From positions 45,542 to 109,541 of the forward strand of contig JBJYXV010000091.1 of the NCBI GenBank assembly GCA_046260155.1: a stretch of 64,000 bases of DNA, read 5' to 3'. Under the pieces are notes generated by a model that ran no database searches, was not told the origin of the DNA, and saw nothing but the letters and a program-made list of their open reading frames with translations. Source of the stretch: Anaerolineales bacterium. GTDB lineage: Bacteria; Chloroflexota; Anaerolineae; Anaerolineales; UBA4823. Shown here one piece after another: positions 44,660 to 53,379 of this stretch. Positions within the stretch are counted from its first letter, which is position 1, and each line of letters begins with the position of its first letter. Made by a program: the position numbers and the translations under genes.

Positions 44660-45442
44660 GTTAAGCGCCTTCGAACTAGCTTGGGATGATTTGTTTCATC
44701 TTCAGAGCAGCGGTGAAAAATGTTATCCATACAATAACTGGCACCAAGGGAGATGCCTGCTACTGATCGTAATTTCATTGATCATATTTTATGCTATTAA
44801 GTTGATATTTTTTTGATCAGAAGCTGCTGATCGAAAAAGGAGCCATCTATATTACTTTTGGTGGAGTAAGCGGCGGGTGACCCTCTGGTGACTAAAAAAA
44901 CCATGCCATGGAAAGTTCCTGAATACAGTAAAGGATCTCCAGGACCAGGTGAACTTATTGTTCGGTGGGTGATAGGTTCGGGCAGGCTACTTGCGCCGCT
45001 GGAGTTGTACACCTGAGCGAAAGACTGAATATTCTCTGGAGCTCTCACAATCACTGGGTGGTCCCGGTGATGCAACCAATGGAATCTCTTACAATTGCGA
45101 CGAGTTTTCGGCTCGCAGTTTGTTTAATAAGAGAGATGACCTTTTCTTATCCGTCAGCGGTCAACTCCTTCAGCTCGAAAGCAGTTGGCCACATGACTCA
45201 TTCGTCGAGATTCGCTGAGTTGCTGAAGCCCAGGGTCTCGTACCTGGATTTGAACTTCTGCGTGTCTTGGAAGAATCAGACCACCTTGCCATCCTTTGCG
45301 CAGAAATTAGATGTAGTGGTAAACGCTGTGATCTACATTAGGTTGCATAATCTTGAGTGGATCCACATCGGTTTTTTCGCAGGATTCAAAATGAAATCTA
45401 TCTATTAAAAGGATCAATTTTTCGGAAACGTGCTAATTTCAC

Positions 45443-45471
45443 TTGAGAAAATACGAAAATCACAGTAAAAT
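45443..45471 (+). promoter_or_regulatory. Candidate promoter of the lrp-like gene
   Basis: TTGAGA, 17-nt spacer, TAAAAT. The spacer contains copy 1 of a 13-bp direct repeat. Confidence 0.35.
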
Positions 45472-45494
45472 TAGTAAAACCTACGAAAATCACA
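45452..45494 (+). repeat. Two perfect 13-bp direct repeats TACGAAAATCACA, 30 bp apart
   Basis: The copies lie at 45452..45464 and 45482..45494, read directly from the sequence. The second ends 8 nt before ATG 45503. Confidence 0.85.
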
Positions 45495-45502
45495 ATACGG
45501 TG

Positions 45503-45970
45503 ATGGATCAAACCGATTTAGATATAATTTCCTACTTGCAGTCCAACGGTCGCATGCCTTTCACGGATATCGCAAAGGCATTAGATATCTCTGAAGGAAC
45601 TGTCCGAAACCGGGTATCACGTTTGACGGAAACCCGGATTCTTCAAATCGTGGGCATGGTAGACCCTTACCAGCTGGGTTACGATGCACCCGCAGTGATC
45701 AGTATATCTGTTCAACCCCCGCTTCTAAGCCAAATTGCTAATTCAATTTCCAAATTTCCTGAAGTGAGCTACTTAATCATGGTCTCTGGAGAGTATGATC
45801 TCCTGGTTGAAGTTCTGTGTAAGGATCGGGACCATTTAGCAAATTTTTTGAATGAGAAATTGCTCAAGGTACCCGGGATTATAAGCACCGAAACCTCGAT
45901 GGTATTGCATACCTACAAAATGTCTTATGGAGCGTTGCCGGAAATCAGCATTGATTTGAATGAAGGTTAA
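45503..45970 (+). CDS. Lrp/AsnC family transcriptional regulator
   Basis: MDQTDLDIISYLQSNGRMPFTDIAKALDISEGTVRNRVSRL is followed by a C-terminal RAM domain. The ORF-track start at 45443 (TTG) would translate the repeats. Confidence 0.85.
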   Translation: MDQTDLDIISYLQSNGRMPFTDIAKALDISEGTVRNRVSRLTETRILQIVGMVDPYQLGYDAPAVISISVQPPLLSQIANSISKFPEVSYLIMVSGEYDLLVEVLCKDRDHLANFLNEKLLKVPGIISTETSMVLHTYKMSYGALPEISIDLNEG

Positions 45971-46131
45971 GGATTAGCCATCCATGATTCAGACCCCCAT
46001 CAACCGTTTAAGCTGGCGATTTTCATTCTATCAAGGAGGGTGATTGAAATAAAACTACATAAATATCGAAATTCTCGATTGTATTTATTCAGAAATTAAT
46101 AGAATCCCTTTTAGCTCGAGGAGATAATGAC

Positions 46132-47301
46132 ATGCGTATCACAGTAATAGGCGGGGCAGGGAAAATGGCTTGTATTGCGGTTCAAGACCTCGCTCATGAC
46201 CCCCGTGTTGATGAAGTCGTCATAGCAGATATCAATCTTGATCAAGCCAGGATAGTTGAAGAAACCATTAAAAGCCCTAAGATCAGGAGCCTTAAAGCCG
46301 ATGTAAACGATCACTCAAGCCTGGTGGAGCTGCTGAAAGGTTCAGATGTGTGTTTAAACGGCACCGTGTATTATACAAACCTGGCTGTCATGGAAGCTTG
46401 TTTATCCGCCGGCATACACTACACTGATATGGGCGGATTGTTTTTTACCACACACAAACAGCTGGAATTAAGTGATCGATTTAAAGAAGCTGGATGCAGT
46501 GCGGTATTGGGGATGGGGTCAGCACCGGGAATTCCAAATTTACAGGCGCGTTATGCTGCCGACCGGCTGGATAGCGTTGACAGCATTAAAATCTTCGACG
46601 GCGTTATGCCTCCAGCGACCGACGATCCAATATTTACTTATGCGGTGCCGACAATAGTCGATGAATTAATTATGCAGCCGATGGTTTATAAGGATGGTGA
46701 ATTTAAAGCAGAGAGCCCACTGGGTGGTTTTGAAGATTACTGGTTTACCCCTCCGATTGGTTTGCTCCCCATGCATCTTTCTCTGCATTCTGAGGTAGCC
46801 ACCCTGCCCATCTCGTTTAAGGATAAAGGTGTTAGAGAATGCTTCTTTAAAATAAATTATTGGGGAATGTCTAAAGTGGTTGTTGAGAAAATCCGGGTGC
46901 TGGCTGAATTTGGTTTTGGCAGCACAGAACCTGTTGAGGTCAAAGGTCAAAGTATAGTTCCCCACGATATGATGGTGGCACTCCTTTCAGGTTATGTGCC
47001 TCCCATTACTGATTTCCTTGCGCCGGCGAAGAATAAACCACCTGAATGGGTCAAAGAAATCGTCACAGAAGTAAAGGGAAGCAAGGATGGTCAAGAAATG
47101 ACCTACCGGATGGGTACCCTGACCTGTAAAGGTGCTCTTCCAACCGGAGTTGCACCTGCGATCGCTGCTGTTTGGTTGGCAGAAGGACGGGTAGAACCGG
47201 GAGTTTATCCACCAGAGATTGCTCTCGATCCGGTCCCATTTTTTAAGGAATTAGAAGAACGCGAGATTTACACCCAGGTGACAACAACGCAAAGATTGTG
47301 A
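46132..47301 (+). CDS. Saccharopine dehydrogenase family NAD(P)-binding protein
   Basis: MRITVIGGAGKMACIAVQDL is the Rossmann motif. The length and layout fit the Sacchrp_dh family. Confidence 0.7.
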   Translation: MRITVIGGAGKMACIAVQDLAHDPRVDEVVIADINLDQARIVEETIKSPKIRSLKADVNDHSSLVELLKGSDVCLNGTVYYTNLAVMEACLSAGIHYTDMGGLFFTTHKQLELSDRFKEAGCSAVLGMGSAPGIPNLQARYAADRLDSVDSIKIFDGVMPPATDDPIFTYAVPTIVDELIMQPMVYKDGEFKAESPLGGFEDYWFTPPIGLLPMHLSLHSEVATLPISFKDKGVRECFFKINYWGMSKVVVEKIRVLAEFGFGSTEPVEVKGQSIVPHDMMVALLSGYVPPITDFLAPAKNKPPEWVKEIVTEVKGSKDGQEMTYRMGTLTCKGALPTGVAPAIAAVWLAEGRVEPGVYPPEIALDPVPFFKELEEREIYTQVTTTQRL

Positions 47302-47503
47302 GCAGTTTTTATTAGAGGTCGGAACGCACTTTAGGTGAGGCGTTCAAAATATAATATTTGCAGGTGATATTCTATCCACCTGGTAAATGGCATGGATGGA
47401 GCAGTGTTGTAACTCCATCCAAAATGCTGAATAACAGGTCCATAGGATGGAACAATTTCTTATGCCAATTTTCTCCAGAAAATGAAAGAAGGAATGGATA
47501 CCC

Positions 47504-48778
47504 ATGTCACATGATCCCCTTGCGAATCTTTCGCCAGTTTGGCCTCACTACACACCGATCATCGCTTCACGGGCTGAAGGAAATTATGTTTATGATTTAG
47601 AGAACGTGAAGTATCTTGATTTTACCTGTGGTATTGGTGTAACAAATACCGGTCATTGTCATCCCAGGGTGGTGGAAGCGATTCGCAAGCAGGCAGGTTT
47701 ACTCTTGCATGGACAGATTAATATCATCGTTCACGAACCAGTCCTGGATTTGATTTCAGAGCTGCGCTCCATCCTGCCCCCGAGCATGGATGGATTCTTT
47801 TTTAGCAATTCTGGAGCAGAGGCGGTAGAAGGCGCTCTCAAGCTGGCCAGGCAAGCAACAGGTCGTCCCAATGTGATTGTGTTTCAGGGCAGTTTTCATG
47901 GGCGGACGGTGGGGACTATGTCCCTGACAACATCAAAGACGATTTACCGCTCCGGTTACCAGCCCTTGATGGCGGGCGTTTTTGTTGCACCTTATCCATA
48001 TTCTTTCCGGTACGGTTGGGACGATCAGCAAACCAGTCAATGGTGTCTCGAGGAGCTGGAATATTTGCTCGCTTCCCAAACTGCTCCCAGTGAGACAGCG
48101 GCGATCATAATCGAACCCGTGTTGGGTGAAGGAGGGTATGTTGTACCCCCGAAGAATTTTCTGCAGGGATTGCGGCAAATCTGTAACCAGCATGGGATTC
48201 TGCTGATCTGCGATGAGGTCCAATCCGGTTTTGGGCGCACTGGAAAATGGTTTGCTTATGAGAATTTCCAGATCGAACCTGATATCATCGTGATTGCTAA
48301 GGGCCTTGCCTCCGGGCTGCCGCTCTCTGGGGTAATCAGCAGCCTGGAGTTAATGAAGCGCTGGGAGCCTGGTTCACATGGAGGCACATATGGGGGTAAT
48401 GCCGTTGCATGTGCTGCAGCTGCTGAGACTATCCGTGTTATCCGGGATGAAGAATTGTTGGCAAACACCCTGGAGCGCGGCTCCCAGCTGATGACTGGTT
48501 TACGCCATTTACAGGAGGCGGTACCGTTGATCGGTGATGTCAGGGGATTGGGTTTAATGGTGGGGACAGAATTCCGCACTTTCGAGAATAAACCCGATAA
48601 GCATTCAGCCAAGGCAGTTGTTCATGCCTGTCTGGAAGGGGGATTGTTATTGCTCACCTGCGGGACCTGGGAAAATACAGTTCGCTGGATTCCGCCATTG
48701 ATTGTTGGTGAACAGCAGGTGGGCAGTGCCCTGGAAATATTCAAACAAGCTATTGAACAGGTTGTAGCGCCAGGTTGA
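47504..48778 (+). CDS. Class III (omega) aminotransferase, GabT/ArgD-like
   Basis: GIGVTNTGHCHP, DEVQSGFGRTGKWFA and the PLP lysine in IVIAKGLASG. Confidence 0.85.
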   Translation: MSHDPLANLSPVWPHYTPIIASRAEGNYVYDLENVKYLDFTCGIGVTNTGHCHPRVVEAIRKQAGLLLHGQINIIVHEPVLDLISELRSILPPSMDGFFFSNSGAEAVEGALKLARQATGRPNVIVFQGSFHGRTVGTMSLTTSKTIYRSGYQPLMAGVFVAPYPYSFRYGWDDQQTSQWCLEELEYLLASQTAPSETAAIIIEPVLGEGGYVVPPKNFLQGLRQICNQHGILLICDEVQSGFGRTGKWFAYENFQIEPDIIVIAKGLASGLPLSGVISSLELMKRWEPGSHGGTYGGNAVACAAAAETIRVIRDEELLANTLERGSQLMTGLRHLQEAVPLIGDVRGLGLMVGTEFRTFENKPDKHSAKAVVHACLEGGLLLLTCGTWENTVRWIPPLIVGEQQVGSALEIFKQAIEQVVAPG

Positions 48779-48980
48779 TTTACATCAAGGTAAACGGAAA
48801 ATTGTTGAATCAGATAAAAATTATTTTCTGTTGCGAATAGCATAAGAATCAGAAATTATTTCAGGGGGTTTAATGGTGGACAGCATTTCCCCCTCACAAG
48901 AAATCAGGAGGATATTTTGTGATCCCAATGGTTCGTGGATCTGCAATTAGCCTGAAGGTGCGCCTGGTTGTGGAGTTGTT

Positions 48981-49997
48981 ATGGCTAAAATGAAATCTAT
49001 TATCTTCAAGATGCGCTGGTGGATTCTGGCCGTTACTAGCCTGATTATCTTTTCGATAATGGCTTTCCTGGCTGTTGCTGTATCCCTGGTAGAGCCAAAT
49101 CCTCAGGTGGTACAAACACCCATTCCGCAAACCAGTCCTGTTCTGGTTAGAATTTACACTGATACTCCAGAAACAACCTTGCCACCCAAAGCTACCAGCA
49201 CCATGCAAATTATCACTGCAACCGCCACCAGCATGACTCCAATCCGGGAAATGGGTTATGTTGAGCAGGTGATCGATGGAGATTCAATCAAAGTAGTGAT
49301 TGATGGAGTCGTGCATGAATTGAGGTACATTGGGATTGACGCTCCGGAAGTGGGCATGCCGTATTCGGAAGAATCGACTGCAGCAAACCAGCTGCTTGTG
49401 GAAAGCCAGGTTGTTGAACTTGAGGGCGATATCACGAATAGAGATTCCTATGGGCGACTGCTCCGCTATGTATTCTTATTGGATGGTAGGTTTGTCAACG
49501 CTGAGCTGGTTCGCTTGGGGATGGCTGCGGCGGAAGAATATCCACCTGATGTTAAATATCAAGCAGTGATCAGCAATAGTGAGCAGGAGGCAATTGAGGC
49601 GGGAATAGGATTGTGGGAGCCCGTATCAACAAGTACCCAGGAAGTGAACCAGGAGCCTGTCGTTTCAATCCAAATTGATCCCTCCTGTTCCCAATTCAAT
49701 GCTCCAGGAAATGACAATCAAAACAAGAATGAAGAATATGTTTGTTTAATTAATTCAGCACCAAAAAGTATTGCCTTGCAAGGATGGGTAATCCATGATG
49801 AGTATGGGTGGAGCTATGAATTTCCAATTTTTAATTTGGAAAGTAATGCAAGAGTGCGCGTTCTCACCGGGTGTGGGGTTGATACTTCATCAGAATTATA
49901 CTGGTGCAAAGATGAAACAGCTATATGGAATAATGATGGTGATTGTGTTACTGTACTGGATGGTGATGGAAATGAAGTTGTAAAGTTCTGTTACTAG
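48981..49997 (+). CDS. Membrane-anchored thermonuclease (SNase) fused to a lamin-tail domain
   Basis: The TM helix is WWILAVTSLIIFSIMAFLAVAV. SNase motifs are VIDGDSIKV, LRYIGIDAPE and RDSYGRLLRYV. The C-terminal LTD-like region reads NEEYVCLINS...GWVIHDE...WNNDGDCVTVLDGDGNEV. Confidence 0.75.
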   Translation: MAKMKSIIFKMRWWILAVTSLIIFSIMAFLAVAVSLVEPNPQVVQTPIPQTSPVLVRIYTDTPETTLPPKATSTMQIITATATSMTPIREMGYVEQVIDGDSIKVVIDGVVHELRYIGIDAPEVGMPYSEESTAANQLLVESQVVELEGDITNRDSYGRLLRYVFLLDGRFVNAELVRLGMAAAEEYPPDVKYQAVISNSEQEAIEAGIGLWEPVSTSTQEVNQEPVVSIQIDPSCSQFNAPGNDNQNKNEEYVCLINSAPKSIALQGWVIHDEYGWSYEFPIFNLESNARVRVLTGCGVDTSSELYWCKDETAIWNNDGDCVTVLDGDGNEVVKFCY

Positions 49998-50084
49998 CCA
50001 ACCTGACCATCATTTTCCCCAAATTTATGAGATAAATCACTTGTAAGGACAGAATCAAAATAAAAGGCTGGCATATTTAATTTG

Positions 50085-51320
50085 TTAGTCTTGAAGAAGT
50101 TTTTTTTGGCGCAGTAAGATCGCACTCGCAATACCTGCACTTATAGCAAATAATGCTGCACAAATTAGAAACAAACCATTGATTGACAGCCACCCAAGGA
50201 GTGCATAGGCCATAACAGGCCCGAGAGCACTGCCAAGATCGCCTGCGGTATGAAGACTGCCAATTGCCTTCCCGCGTTGAGGTTGATCTACCAGATCACC
50301 TGTACGGGTTGTCATCAAGGATTGGATACTGCCTCCTGCAATTGAGCTGAAACAAATCCCTGTTAAGATCATCAGGGGATTATTAATGACCAGCAGCAGC
50401 ATGCCAATCGCACCGATCAACAGGGCACCCACGGTAATCCCCCAGCGATTATTAAACCTGTCTGATAGCATGCCAGAAAATGGTGCAGCAAACATGCCCA
50501 GGATCGTTCGTAATCCTAACAGGAATCCAGTTACAGTAGCCACCCCTATGACCAGGTCTGAAGCAGATAATTGTTCCTGGACTAATAATGCTAATGTAGC
50601 TGCCAGCACACCTGCTGTTATGAATCGATTAATGCCATTCACGCTTATCACAGCATAAAATTCTAACTTTGGGTGTAATTCATCCTGAACAATTTTAACA
50701 GGAGTAGCGTTGGGTAAATCGGGATTTGAGCGGGTCTCTGGCAGGAAGATATATGCGTAGAGAGCACCAAACGCTGTCACACCAGCACCGATCCACATGG
50801 TGCTGGTGTATCCCACCAGGTCAGTCAGCCAACCTCCCATCATTGCCCCCAGGGCTGCGCCCAGGAAAAACCAGGTCTGGTAATACCCGGTCCAGCGGCC
50901 GCGTTCCTGAGCCTGAGAAACATCCAGGATGATGGTCGCTCCACCAACCCATATGCCTGACCAGGCTAATCCCCAGAGCAATCTACCGGCTAATAGAGGC
51001 CAAAATCCGCTTGTGGCTGCATAGATAGCAGTGGAAATTGAGCCAATCATTATCGCAGGAATAAATAACCGGCGACGGGAGAAGCGATCGTAAGCAATCC
51101 CGGCCGGTCGATTCAGGAATAATCTGATCAGACGGTTGGCACTTAAGATCACACCCACTGCTGCCAGGGTGATACCTGCATCTGCCGTATGGGTAGGCAG
51201 GACAGCATAAAGGGTCGCATCACCGAATAATGACAGAGCGGTTCCCAAGCCAAGCGGCAGCAGTACTTTGGCTGGATCGATCCCTGTGCTCCGGTTTTCT
51301 TGATCGTCTGGATTTTTCAT
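50085..51320 (-). CDS. MFS transporter
   Basis: There are about 12 hydrophobic segments. A DRFSRRR-type motif sits between TM2 and TM3, and MLSDRFNNRWG lies in the second half. Confidence 0.85.
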   Translation of the reverse strand: MKNPDDQENRSTGIDPAKVLLPLGLGTALSLFGDATLYAVLPTHTADAGITLAAVGVILSANRLIRLFLNRPAGIAYDRFSRRRLFIPAIMIGSISTAIYAATSGFWPLLAGRLLWGLAWSGIWVGGATIILDVSQAQERGRWTGYYQTWFFLGAALGAMMGGWLTDLVGYTSTMWIGAGVTAFGALYAYIFLPETRSNPDLPNATPVKIVQDELHPKLEFYAVISVNGINRFITAGVLAATLALLVQEQLSASDLVIGVATVTGFLLGLRTILGMFAAPFSGMLSDRFNNRWGITVGALLIGAIGMLLLVINNPLMILTGICFSSIAGGSIQSLMTTRTGDLVDQPQRGKAIGSLHTAGDLGSALGPVMAYALLGWLSINGLFLICAALFAISAGIASAILLRQKKLLQD

Positions 51321-51465
51321 TGCTTGAGCAAGTGGTTTTCAAACAGCTGGCTCAATTCTAACACCTGATAAATACCGATAAAAATGATAGTTGGTTTACA
51401 CCCACCTGTCTCAGCCCTGAGAGATTTATCAATATTTGTTTAAATGATGGGAGGTGCTGAGCTTT

Positions 51466-51936
51466 CTACAAAATGCAGTAGACTATTCTCAGGATGCTGC
51501 CTGGAAAGCTTTTTATACGTTCGAGCAGGGTTGGGTTTCGAACCGGTCTAATGACCATTTTCGGATCCAACAATTCAAACAGGTCATCCCGGGGACAACG
51601 AATTTTACTTCCGGTATTATTTTGAATAATCACAAAGGCTGGGCTGGAGGTGTAGCTGCTGAAAGCCACTATCGATGGTGCACCTTGATTCCCATAAAGA
51701 GAATGAGCCCTAAATAAGTACAACTCACCTTTTTGGAACGTATCTGGGCGATTGAAGCTGTTAATAGAAACCATCAAGATACTTGCCAGCTGTGAATAGT
51801 TGTTTTTATTGTTTGCATCATGGTGTTTAGAATAAACGTTCTGCGATGGCGTGATCAATCCCATCCAGGGGTGAAGTGGGGTCGAAAAAAGGGGTATCCA
51901 ATTGGGTGATTTGAGGGGACTTGGTAATGCTGGCAA
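51466..51936 (-). CDS. Hypothetical ORF (coding status uncertain)
   Basis: This is the only long ORF in an 0.87-kb gap. It has a TTG start and no recognisable family. An 87-aa ORF lies antisense to it. Confidence 0.25.
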   Translation of the reverse strand: MPALPSPLKSPNWIPLFSTPLHPWMGLITPSQNVYSKHHDANNKNNYSQLASILMVSINSFNRPDTFQKGELYLFRAHSLYGNQGAPSIVAFSSYTSSPAFVIIQNNTGSKIRCPRDDLFELLDPKMVIRPVRNPTLLERIKSFPGSILRIVYCIL

Positions 51937-52193
51937 TCCTGAAATTGTGAACTAAGCGCTTAAGTCCAAGGGATAAAAAAAAATTTACGTGGTATTAGTT
52001 CAACTTGCGGGATATATTTCTCAAGTTGGCAAAGATTTGCTATGCGGGGATGGTTGAAACGTACAATGAACAGAATAATAGGAGAAAAAGCTCCTTTTTC
52101 CTCAGCCCCGGAAAATCTTCCCCCGGCAGATCCTGAGCATAGATCTTGGAATGGGATGATTGGCCTGTGAGGATCAAACCACGAGTCACGGTA

Positions 52194-53243
52194 TTAATCA
52201 ATATGTGATACTACACAGCGAAAACCGACTGCAAGATAATCCGCATCTGGTGGTACCAGGTAACGATAGGCACTGCGGCTGAAAGCTGGTGGGTATCCCC
52301 AACTTCCCCCGCGGAGTACGTATTGGCCAGTCGAATCAGGTTCTATTGTTTCATTTTTTAATGAGTATTCCCAAAAGGGTTTGGCGGTCCATTCCCAAAC
52401 ATTTCCCGTAAGGTCATATGCTCCGCACCAGCTGACTCCTTCCGGAAAACTGCCAACTGGTGACGGTTCTGAGTAACCGTCATTACATCGAGTATCTGGA
52501 TCGTAGAGATTGGCTCGCTCGCAATCAAACTCATCGCCCCAAGGAAAAGTCGAGGATTGGGGACCGCGAGCAGCAGCTTCCCATTCGGTTTCGGAAGGTA
52601 ATTTTCCACCAACCCAAGTGCAGTAATCAACCGCGTCCTGCCATGGGATTCCTGCTACCGGGTAGTCTTCCCGGTTGTAAGCCGGGTTGTTCGATAGACG
52701 GGATGGATTACAGAAATTCGATTCAACGCAGCGCTCGTATTGGCCATTGGTCACCTCGGTGCTATCAATCCAAAATCCATCCAAGGTAGCCAGGTATGGG
52801 GGGGACTCAATTTCGAACCAGTCAGGGTCACAGTCCTTCCATTGATTTGGGTACAGGTTGCACAAGGCAACAGCTTTCTCAACATCCTCCTGGCTGCTGC
52901 CAATTAGGAATGTCCCTGGAGGAACATAAACCATCACCATTTCATCTTTCTCTCGGACAATGGTATCTCCGAGGGAGTATATCCTGGTGGAATCGACCTG
53001 GTTTGAGGCAATAAGCGTTGGCTCAGGTGACACTTGCATGGAAGGATCAGCGATTACAGACATTGAAGGCAATGCTGTTTCCGAAGGTTTAGAAATTGAA
53101 CAGCCAATGATGAATACCAATAACCCGAACACAAGTAAACTCAATAGAAAATTTTTATGATTTGTATTCGAGCTCCCGTTAGAGACGATCATAGGGATTT
53201 TACGTATGAGCAGAATGATGCGATCTATCAATGCAATATTCAA
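52194..53243 (-). CDS. Formylglycine-generating-enzyme (SUMF1) domain lipoprotein
   Basis: The anchor and lipobox are LLVFGLLVFIIGCS. The FGE-sulfatase fold shows WEWT, RGGSWGY and GFRCV. The start is uncertain (53243 or 53192). Confidence 0.8.
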   Translation of the reverse strand: MNIALIDRIILLIRKIPMIVSNGSSNTNHKNFLLSLLVFGLLVFIIGCSISKPSETALPSMSVIADPSMQVSPEPTLIASNQVDSTRIYSLGDTIVREKDEMVMVYVPPGTFLIGSSQEDVEKAVALCNLYPNQWKDCDPDWFEIESPPYLATLDGFWIDSTEVTNGQYERCVESNFCNPSRLSNNPAYNREDYPVAGIPWQDAVDYCTWVGGKLPSETEWEAAARGPQSSTFPWGDEFDCERANLYDPDTRCNDGYSEPSPVGSFPEGVSWCGAYDLTGNVWEWTAKPFWEYSLKNETIEPDSTGQYVLRGGSWGYPPAFSRSAYRYLVPPDADYLAVGFRCVVSHID

Positions 53244-53379
53244 ATTAATTCAATTTGAAATTTATGCAACAATGATCTTCAGAAGAATGGAAGGAAATTT
53301 TGTTATTAATGCTACCATTCCTGGTGTTTGATGGTTCAATGATCCATTTGAGACCTATATTGCTATAATAGGTCCTAAT

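Noticed and set aside
44859-45168. Possible tmRNA on the minus strand. It ends in GCUUACUCCACCA, has a GGAGUUGACCGCUGACGG 5'-like segment about 310 nt upstream, and has a short frame ending in a stop in between.
   Set aside because: There is no GGUUCGAnUCC T-arm before the 3' end. The putative acceptor would have A3-U70 and a U-U mismatch instead of G3-U70. The candidate tag (..AENSSQL) lacks the usual hydrophobic Ala-rich end.
45225-45300. tRNA-like string GTTCAAATCC (minus strand, 45255..45246).
   Set aside because: The flanking bases do not form a T-stem (AGAAG versus CCAGG). No acceptor, D or anticodon stems can be drawn.
44965-45408. 147-aa plus-strand ORF in the yjbQ-lrp gap.
   Set aside because: It has a GTG start without a Shine-Dalgarno sequence, an atypical composition (many C/W/H/S) and no family resemblance. 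The region is kept only as part of the unexplained-region finding.
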